Below are positions 25,967-32,000 of a DNA stretch of 32,000 nt, in pieces (position 1 is the first letter of the stretch; every line of letters starts with the position of its first letter). The stretch covers positions 150,001 to 182,000 of the forward strand of contig OY970071.1 of the NCBI GenBank assembly GCA_963705375.1, read 5' to 3'. Both the position numbers and the translations under genes were made by a program. This stretch comes from Candidatus Saccharimonadota bacterium (lineage in GTDB: Archaea > Micrarchaeota > Micrarchaeia > Micrarchaeales > Micrarchaeaceae). Below the pieces are notes generated by a model. That model saw only the letters and a list, made by a program, of their open reading frames with translations, did not search any database and was not told the DNA's origin.

Positions 25967-26060
25967 TCTGTGATATGAATTGGCATGCAAGCGCATGCAG
26001 TCCTTGACTAGCAAGAGGCATCCCAACAACCTTTAAAATGTTTGGATACCAGATTGCATC

Positions 26061-26465
26061 ATGTCAATTGCAAACGAGTTCAAGGAGTTCATACTAAAAG
26101 GGAATATCATAGATCTCGCGGTTGCGGTCGTAGTTGGAGTCGCATTCAACGCGGTCATAAGTGCATTCATTACAGACATCATAACTCCGTTGATAGGCAT
26201 TCCGGGTCATGTCGATTTCGCATCATTGACGTATACAATAAACGGCAGCGTGTTCATGGTTGGTTCTTTCGTCAATGCAATAATAGGTTTCATCACAATA
26301 GCACTGGTTATCTTCTTCTTTGTGGTTAAGCCGGTAAACAGGATGAAAGAGCTGACTTCAAAGAAAACAGTTGCTTCTCAGACCACAAAGCAGTGCCCAG
26401 AATGCCTGTCAGCAATACCAATAAAGGCAAAACGCTGCGCTTTCTGCACATCCAAAGTGCAATAG
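26061..26465 (+). CDS. mscL: Large-conductance mechanosensitive channel MscL with C-terminal CxxC...CxxC tail
   Basis: MSIANEFKEFILKGNIIDLAVAVVVGVAFNAVISAFITDIITPLIG is collinear with the MscL N-terminus and TM1. The C-terminus is CPECLSAIPIKAKRCAFCTS. Confidence 0.92.
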   Translation: MSIANEFKEFILKGNIIDLAVAVVVGVAFNAVISAFITDIITPLIGIPGHVDFASLTYTINGSVFMVGSFVNAIIGFITIALVIFFFVVKPVNRMKELTSKKTVASQTTKQCPECLSAIPIKAKRCAFCTSKVQ

Positions 26466-26522
26466 GCATTCCAAAGACACGTGAGGTGTCGCTCGGACTT
26501 GTAGTAGGCCGTTCAATCAGAA

Positions 26523-27458
26523 TCATTTAGCTGCAGACAGAGCTATGACTGCAAATCCCGCCACAAAACTCACGAGCGCGGTGATTATCCAGAGGCCCAC
26601 TATCGTGACAAAAGGCCGGGTCCTTATGATCCTTCTGCTGTAACTAACGCCGGCACCGTACACGCTGGATATGAAAGAGTCGGTGGAAGGCAAAGGTATC
26701 CTGAAGAGCGTCGCCACCTCGACAACCAGCGCAGACATGAACTGCGAGCCTACGGCGTTTATGTAGCGCATCGGTATTATGTCGCTACCGACGCGGCCAA
26801 GCGGCCCAGAGCTCAGGAAGACGCCGCCAACCACTATTGCGGCAAGCACAAGAATGAGCATGGTGTCGCTCTGCGGCAGGAGTGCGCCAATCAGGCCGAT
26901 CGTGTTTGCACCTAGCGTGAACGCGGTGAAGAAGGAGGTAATCACCAATACAAGCTTCACGATCCTTGCATACAGCCATATCCTTCTCTTTGGCGTGCGC
27001 CTGCTTATCCACGTCATCACGATGAGCATGAACAGGAATGCGATTATCGGCATGGATATCCAAAATGCAACAATAGAGACGATGAGGTGCATGTTCAGGC
27101 CCATATTGAGCGCGACATTCATCCCGATCAGAATCGATGTGAGCGTTATGGTCAGCGCCTGCGGAACCCTCTTGATGTCAGCGATTATGAAGATTATTAT
27201 CGCTATGAAAAGCGCCCAGTCTATTCTGAGCGTGGTGACGGAGTAGAGAAGCGTCGCCACAGTCAGGTTCAAGTATTTGCCCTGCAGCAGGAAGCCTAGC
27301 GCGTACGCGAGTATGCTGAGAAGTATTCCTGCGTGCTTTTTCATTGTTCTGCTCGCGATCACGCTGCCGAAGCACACCGAAACGTTGTTTCCCGAGACAA
27401 GCGCGATGAGAACGAAGCCGAGAGCTATGCAAAGCGATGAAAGTAGATTGAGCAACAA
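26523..27458 (-). CDS. PiT-family inorganic phosphate (or sulfate) transporter, divergent
   Basis: It is polytopic. The N-terminal GNNVSVCFGSVIAS sits at the position of the PiT GANDVAN signature. It follows a DUF47 gene by 5 nt, the usual pairing. TTG start. Confidence 0.7.
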   Translation of the reverse strand: MLLNLLSSLCIALGFVLIALVSGNNVSVCFGSVIASRTMKKHAGILLSILAYALGFLLQGKYLNLTVATLLYSVTTLRIDWALFIAIIIFIIADIKRVPQALTITLTSILIGMNVALNMGLNMHLIVSIVAFWISMPIIAFLFMLIVMTWISRRTPKRRIWLYARIVKLVLVITSFFTAFTLGANTIGLIGALLPQSDTMLILVLAAIVVGGVFLSSGPLGRVGSDIIPMRYINAVGSQFMSALVVEVATLFRIPLPSTDSFISSVYGAGVSYSRRIIRTRPFVTIVGLWIITALVSFVAGFAVIALSAAK

Positions 27459-27463
27459 ACCAC

Positions 27464-28117
27464 TCAGGTCATGATCGAAAGCATTATCGAAAGGAACATC
27501 GCCGCAGAGTCGTCGCAGCTGTCAAGTATGTCGTCTGCAGCGTGCGCAACTTCTCCTATGTGCAAGAATGCCTTATAGTCGATGCGGCTCTTGTATTCTT
27601 CGTCAAGAAGCGAATCCTTTATGTCGTCCGCATCCTGTTCCAGAATTGCGACCTCTTTCCTGAACCTCCTTATTTTGATCGTATCGTCGCTAGAAAGCAT
27701 GCGCTTCAGCATTTGGAGCGAGGAATCCGCCATCTCCAGCATCATCATAACGTTCGTCTGGAGCTTCGAAGCGGCCCCTTTGTTCGGAATGCTGTACCTG
27801 TGCACCTCTCTTGCAAGTATATATATCGAATCGACTATATTGTCTTCAAGCCTTGTCAGTCGCAGCATGCTGTCTATCACATTCGGCGAGATCACACCAG
27901 AAGATATCGAGTTCGAGATCTTGAATGCCATATCATCAGACTCTTTTGCGAACACCTTCACCATCTCTATTCTGTTCCTATCACCGTTCACGAGCTTCTT
28001 GAGCTCCTTGTTCGCATTGATGGCTATCTCTATCATTTCAATGTGCCGGTGCATCAGCGGCTCCTCGCCACCCTCTAGGATTTTGTCAAGGAATTTGATT
28101 AAAACACCCTTGTGCAA
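27464..28117 (-). CDS. DUF47 / PhoU-like phosphate-transport regulator-related protein
   Basis: All-helical, about 217 aa, with paired E..D-rich repeats (ILEQDADDIKDSLLDE, HAADDILDSCDD). It lies immediately upstream of the PiT-like gene. The TTG start is uncertain. Confidence 0.65.
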   Translation of the reverse strand: MHKGVLIKFLDKILEGGEEPLMHRHIEMIEIAINANKELKKLVNGDRNRIEMVKVFAKESDDMAFKISNSISSGVISPNVIDSMLRLTRLEDNIVDSIYILAREVHRYSIPNKGAASKLQTNVMMMLEMADSSLQMLKRMLSSDDTIKIRRFRKEVAILEQDADDIKDSLLDEEYKSRIDYKAFLHIGEVAHAADDILDSCDDSAAMFLSIMLSIMT

Positions 28118-28176
28118 GATACAGAGAGGTCAAGTTTTTAACAACTACGTTCGCACTTTACTGCAGCCAGCACAAA

Positions 28177-28190
28177 ATATAAGTATCTCT
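28177..28190 (+). promoter_or_regulatory. TATA-like promoter box ATATAAGTATCTCT
   Basis: Its first 13 nt (ATATAAGTATCTC) are identical to 1417-1429. TATAAG begins 39 nt upstream of ATG 28217. Confidence 0.5.
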
Positions 28191-28216
28191 TTGTTTACAT
28201 CAAAGGCAGTGGTACA

Positions 28217-28555
28217 ATGACAGTGTCAAAAAGAACAGACAACGAAACGGAACAATTAAATGGCACAAGGATAGACGGCAGGATAACAAACAAGAATTCG
28301 TTATACGAGAGCGTTGTAAGCGTATCGGGAAATGTCACGGTAGAAAAGCACGTCAAGCTCCCCGGCATAGAGGCAACAGGCACAATAGCAGGGAAGAATG
28401 GGGAAAGGTACGACATAACAATCAGAAACGGAAGCATCAAAGCGTGCGAACTACATGCGGGCACGGTCCATGCGCAGAAGGTTTACGCGGACATACTCGA
28501 CGCAGAAATCGGCGAGGATGTCTTGATAGTCAGCTACAAACAGCTGATGCGCTAA
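28217..28555 (+). CDS. Hypothetical protein (112 aa), beta-rich, possibly bactofilin-like
   Basis: Short repeated G/V/I-rich strands (VSVSGNVTVEKHVKLPGIEATGTIAG...) resemble a beta-helix. This is weak. Confidence 0.5.
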   Translation: MTVSKRTDNETEQLNGTRIDGRITNKNSLYESVVSVSGNVTVEKHVKLPGIEATGTIAGKNGERYDITIRNGSIKACELHAGTVHAQKVYADILDAEIGEDVLIVSYKQLMR

Positions 28556-28618
28556 GGGAAGAATGTCGGTATTGCGACATTGTCGGCACTTCCTTGAATC
28601 CTTTGCAGTCATGATAAT

Positions 28619-29191
28619 ATGGTGACCAAAGAAAAGACAAAGGAAGAAGGCGACAAAGCACCAACAATAGCACTTCGTGTCGAAAACCAGAATGAAGTTG
28701 CGAATCCTAAATACGAGAAGAAGCTCCAAAAGCAGATCATTGAACGCGAGAAGAAGGCTGATGAATGGTTCTTGGAAGGGTGCACGCAAATAGATGTACT
28801 TAATCTAAGCGGCGCCCACGAAGCGTTCGAGAAGGCCGCAGAGCTGGATAATAAATACAATGACATGTGGGAGTCTAAGCCAGGATATTATGCAGAAGAG
28901 GAAGTGGCCAGATTGGTGTTCTGGTGGGAGAAATGCTTCAACGGTCTGGGTGCCATCTGTCAAGAAGCATATTATGAAGGATATTATGAAACTAGAAAGG
29001 TGCATGTCTGGCATGGACCAGAAGTGAGCGGCATATACTGGCCTTTTCTGATAGACATGCTGCAGAATAAGAGCAACATATATCGTGACCTTGGCGAAAA
29101 GAAAGCGGCACTCATAGCAGAGCAAGCGGAAGAGTGGCTGCTGATGAGCATAGGATTTGTACGGAGCGCAGGCAGAAGACTAGTTTTGTAA
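28619..29191 (+). CDS. Hypothetical protein (190 aa) with one TPR-like segment
   Basis: It lies 63 nt after the previous gene with no promoter box between. ADEWFLEGCTQIDVLNLSGAHEAFEKAAELDNKYNDMW fits a TPR-like helix pair. Confidence 0.55.
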   Translation: MVTKEKTKEEGDKAPTIALRVENQNEVANPKYEKKLQKQIIEREKKADEWFLEGCTQIDVLNLSGAHEAFEKAAELDNKYNDMWESKPGYYAEEEVARLVFWWEKCFNGLGAICQEAYYEGYYETRKVHVWHGPEVSGIYWPFLIDMLQNKSNIYRDLGEKKAALIAEQAEEWLLMSIGFVRSAGRRLVL

Positions 29192-29266
29192 AACTTGAAG
29201 TGCAGATAGACGCATCTGGAAGCGGATGACCTGCTTCTTGCGCGATAGGCTATTGCTGCCCATGGT

Positions 29267-30295
29267 TTAATAAGAAGTCCAGTTGTAGATGAAGATTACG
29301 GTCACGAGATATACAACAGCAAGGCAGAAGTTTATCATTGCATAGTTCCTGAGTTTTGATATGACATTCTGCTTCGGTTCAGGCACTATCGAAAATATGC
29401 CAGATCTCGGATCAACGGATACCTGCTTGACTGGCTTGTCATTGTAGCTTTTTCCAGAATCCGATATGTTCCCGATAACAAAATACTGGACGTCTGATGG
29501 CAGATACGTCATGCGCATATAATAACCGGCAGGCTCTTCGCTAATCCCCAATGAATCGTAGAACACCTTTGTACGTGGCGCCCCGAGAGATATTTCATTG
29601 GAGAAAGGAGTCAGATCTAGTTTGTCGCCTATACTGTTTATCGAATCGAGCGCCTTGAAAATGTTGTTCCTGAAGTCGGTATCGAACCATTTTTTATCGC
29701 GTATGGTATAGGTGTCGGTATAGAACCCAAATTCCGCCGTAGTATAATCGCCACAAAGGTAGCCCGTGTTATCATAAATCAATGAAGGAACCCCTTCCTG
29801 GTGGCTCCATTCTACATAATCGTGTGAGTTTTTGCCGCTGGTCTTATAATGCAGCTCGAGCTTATAATACACGCATTTGCTGTTGCCTATTGGCGAGCCT
29901 ATGGCTTTAGCAGATTCAGGCGCAAAGTTACCTGATATCTCAGACATGCCATGTGCGGCTCCGTCTATCTTTGCCACAGGTATGGCTGAAAATATCTGGT
30001 ACTCGCTGAGCGCCTGCCAGCCAACATATACTGCTACTGTTGTAGCCGTAACAAGCGACAAAGATAGCACTACGAAACCGTACATTGGGACGCCGCCAAA
30101 TACAAAACGAGAAGAAACCAGGCCTGCTACTGCCACAATAAGGCTATACGACAATCTGCCGAATATGTTCTTGGCGTGTCTGCCTTTTGCACCCTGCACA
30201 GACTCTGCAGCGAACTTCTTGCTCGCTATCACAAAAGGATCAATTCCCACTCTGCCGCTTTCGGTTACGAAGTTGATCACCATACGCGCACTCAA
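29267..30295 (-). CDS. Membrane protein with GIDE-like domain (LemA partner)
   Basis: Two N-terminal TM helices are followed by AHGMSEISGNF....GSPIGNSKCVYYKLEL....LIYDNTGYLCGDY, which resembles the prokaryotic GIDE-domain pattern. A C-terminal TM helix is present. The TTG start overlaps the lemA stop by 4 nt; ATG 30283 is an alternative. Confidence 0.6.
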   Translation of the reverse strand: MSARMVINFVTESGRVGIDPFVIASKKFAAESVQGAKGRHAKNIFGRLSYSLIVAVAGLVSSRFVFGGVPMYGFVVLSLSLVTATTVAVYVGWQALSEYQIFSAIPVAKIDGAAHGMSEISGNFAPESAKAIGSPIGNSKCVYYKLELHYKTSGKNSHDYVEWSHQEGVPSLIYDNTGYLCGDYTTAEFGFYTDTYTIRDKKWFDTDFRNNIFKALDSINSIGDKLDLTPFSNEISLGAPRTKVFYDSLGISEEPAGYYMRMTYLPSDVQYFVIGNISDSGKSYNDKPVKQVSVDPRSGIFSIVPEPKQNVISKLRNYAMINFCLAVVYLVTVIFIYNWTSY

Positions 30296-30861
30296 ACATC
30301 ACTAGAAACTTTGACGTTTTTCTTTTCTGCCTCAGAGGTTTGGAGGAACTGTAGTTTTGAATACCCCAACACTTTAGCGAAAAAATCATACGGGATTTGC
30401 TCTATTCTTGTGTTGAACGCGTTCACTGAATCGTTGTAGAATTCCCGCCTGTCTGCTATCTGGTCTTCTACCTCAGTTATTGTTTTCTGAAGTTGCAGGA
30501 AGTTCTGGTCTGCCTTGAGGTCCGGATAGTTTTCCGAGACCGCAAAGATGCTCTTCAGCGCAGCGGATATCTTATTCGACGTACCCATCCTCTGGTCAAG
30601 GCTGGCGTCGCTGTTCTGCGACCATTGGATCCGCAACGAGGTTATGGAGGTCAGAAGTGTTTTCTCATAATTCTTGTAACCCTTGACAACGTCTATCAGC
30701 TCACCTATAAGGTCATGCCTTTTCTTGAGCAGGACGTCTATGTCCGCATATGCGGCGTTGATGTTGTTTCTAAGAACGACAAGAGCATTGTACACCAGAA
30801 CTACGCAAACTGCCAGGATAAGCAGCACAAAACTGGCAACAATAGGAAGTAATGGGAGCAT
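30292..30861 (-). CDS. lemA: LemA family protein
   Basis: It has an N-terminal TM helix, then YNALVVLRNNINAAYADIDVLLKKRHDLI, ENYPDLKADQNFLQLQ and RREFYNDSVNAFNTRIEQIP. Confidence 0.88.
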   Translation of the reverse strand: MLPLLPIVASFVLLILAVCVVLVYNALVVLRNNINAAYADIDVLLKKRHDLIGELIDVVKGYKNYEKTLLTSITSLRIQWSQNSDASLDQRMGTSNKISAALKSIFAVSENYPDLKADQNFLQLQKTITEVEDQIADRREFYNDSVNAFNTRIEQIPYDFFAKVLGYSKLQFLQTSEAEKKNVKVSSDV

Positions 30862-30893
30862 TACAACACATCAGTAGTTGATTGCGACAGCAG

Positions 30894-30903
30894 TAATAAA
30901 TAA
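30894..30903. promoter_or_regulatory. Palindromic A/T box TAATAAATAA, possibly serving both divergent genes
   Basis: It lies 42 nt upstream of lemA ATG 30861 (minus strand) and 39 nt upstream of ATG 30933 (plus strand). Confidence 0.35.
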
Positions 30904-31010
30904 CTGTGAGGTGGCGTCTGCAATTTCGACAGATGCAGATGGAGATCAATGCTCTGATTCTTAAGATTTTGCAGTGCATCATAACTCGGCCTTCCGGCGC
31001 AAGTGCAGGC

Positions 31011-31994
31011 ATGAATGTCATAGACGTAAGAAACATCAGGAAGCAGTTCAAGACATACGAGAGCAGGGGCACTGCAGGCATACTGCCTTTTGGCAGAAGA
31101 TGGTACTATAAGAAAGCACTCAATGGCGTCAATTTTAGCATAAAGAAGGGCGAGATCGTTGCGCTGCTGGGAAAGAACGGCAGCGGTAAGAGCACACTTG
31201 TAAAGACAATGTGCGGCATACTCCATCCTGATTCTGGAAAAGCAAGAGTGCTCGGCTTCGATCCGTGGAAAAACAGAATAGACATGGTGCGGAACATGGG
31301 CGTTGTTCTTGGCGCACACGGCCAGTTAATGTGGAATCTGCCTGCACTGGACACTTTTGAGCTGATGAGGCACATATACAAGATACCGCAAGAGGATTTC
31401 AGGAAGCGCCTAGATTACTTTCTGGGAATTCTTGATCTAGAAGAAGTGTACAGGAGACAGGTTCGCACGCTCTCTCTTGGAGAGCAGATGAAATGTAACT
31501 TTGTCGCGTCCGTGCTGCATTCGCCAGAGCTGGTAATACTGGATGAGCCCACGATAGGTGTGGACTTGCCATCGAAGCAGGCGCTCAAGGAGATGATCGT
31601 CACAATGAACAAGAAGAACGGAACAACGTTCATGCTTACAACACACATAGTTGAGGACCTTACAATGGCGGGGCGCATACTGGTGCTTGACAGAGGCCGT
31701 GTTATCTTTGATGGATCTAGGCGCAGGCTTGAGACCTTCTTCGGAAACAAAAGAGTGCTGCACATCAAATTCATAGGCAAGCCGAATTACTCGTCGTATG
31801 CAAAATATGGAAAGATAACCGAAATAAAGAATGATTATTTGAGAATGCTTGTGAATCAGAGTGTGCTGACCAAGAATGATTTTACCGAAATGCTGTCCAA
31901 AAAGAATGTATTGGATTACGACGTTAGCGAACAAGGGCTAAGCACAATACTGATGAAACTCTACGGAAGCGCGGAAAAGAAAAAGAAGGTCTGA
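31011..31994 (+). CDS. ABC transporter ATP-binding protein (ABC-2/COG4586-like)
   Basis: It has Walker A GKNGSGKST, the signature LSLGEQMK, and Walker B LVILDEPTIGVD. Homology begins at MNVIDVRNIRKQF (31011). An upstream in-frame ATG at 30933 fits the promoter spacing and may be the true start. Confidence 0.85.
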   Translation: MNVIDVRNIRKQFKTYESRGTAGILPFGRRWYYKKALNGVNFSIKKGEIVALLGKNGSGKSTLVKTMCGILHPDSGKARVLGFDPWKNRIDMVRNMGVVLGAHGQLMWNLPALDTFELMRHIYKIPQEDFRKRLDYFLGILDLEEVYRRQVRTLSLGEQMKCNFVASVLHSPELVILDEPTIGVDLPSKQALKEMIVTMNKKNGTTFMLTTHIVEDLTMAGRILVLDRGRVIFDGSRRRLETFFGNKRVLHIKFIGKPNYSSYAKYGKITEIKNDYLRMLVNQSVLTKNDFTEMLSKKNVLDYDVSEQGLSTILMKLYGSAEKKKKV

Positions 31995-32000
31995 GATTGA

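Noticed and set aside
25983-25998. GCATGC-aagc-GCATGC palindrome after the P-type ATPase gene.
   Set aside because: The stem is only 6 bp, built from a self-complementary hexamer, with no adjacent T-run. It is too weak to call a terminator or a binding site.
28133-28149. AGTTTTTAACAACTACG, sharing TTTTAACAA with the reverse complement of the 19-nt element, about 80 nt upstream of ATG 28217.
   Set aside because: Only 9 nt match. The same A/T stretch read on the other strand (TTAAAAAC) may simply be the TATA-like box of the divergent DUF47 gene.
1-32000. Search for CRISPR arrays, tRNA/rRNA genes and long direct repeats that could mark integration sites around the ORFan block.
   Set aside because: By eye I found no regularly spaced repeats and no tRNA-like cloverleaf. 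The flanks 1926-2195 and 4597-4749 share nothing longer than a 9-nt match (GAAATGAAA). A computational repeat search could still find what I missed.

Overview
Gene-dense segment of about 35 protein genes on both strands. I saw no rRNA, tRNA or CRISPR array. It looks archaeal, most like a cell-wall-less Thermoplasmata-type acidophile, but that assignment is inference only. The grounds are: A/T-rich TATA-like boxes, usually followed by ATCT, about 35-46 nt upstream of start codons; many GTG/TTG starts; GGTGAT/GGAGGT boxes and 4-nt overlaps inside operons; exported proteins saturated with N-x-S/T sequons; and a ThyA-family enzyme with an MtrA-like N-terminus. Layout from left to right follows. 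(1) An IS200-type element (tnpA only, both end hairpins visible) cuts off the 3' end of a YahK-like zinc alcohol dehydrogenase. (2) An AT-richer block of four ORFs with no recognisable family (1458-4596). (3) A ThyX-family (double-length) gene followed by glyA. (4) A mixed block: coiled-coil protein, possible nucleotidyltransferase-like protein, secreted phosphoesterase, small CxxC protein, histidine phosphatase, HExxH protein. (5) A DEAD-box helicase. (6) A three-part ThyA-family fusion protein. (7) A MacB-type ABC exporter operon with a surface glycoprotein, divergent from a membrane-tethered wHTH protein and another glycoprotein. (8) A P-type ATPase, MscL, and a PiT plus DUF47 phosphate-transport pair. 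(9) A two-gene unknown operon, a LemA/GIDE-like pair, and an ABC ATPase at the right edge. The items I rank highest for follow-up are: the ORFan block beside the IS; the membrane-tethered regulator/ABC/glycoprotein locus with an inverted repeat exactly between its divergent promoters; the co-occurrence of ThyX-family and fused ThyA-family genes with glyA; an in-frame TAA that separates the phosphoesterase from a perfect C-terminal membrane anchor; and a 19-nt element shared by two unrelated ORFan promoters. All family names come from motif recognition by eye and memory. No database search was run.
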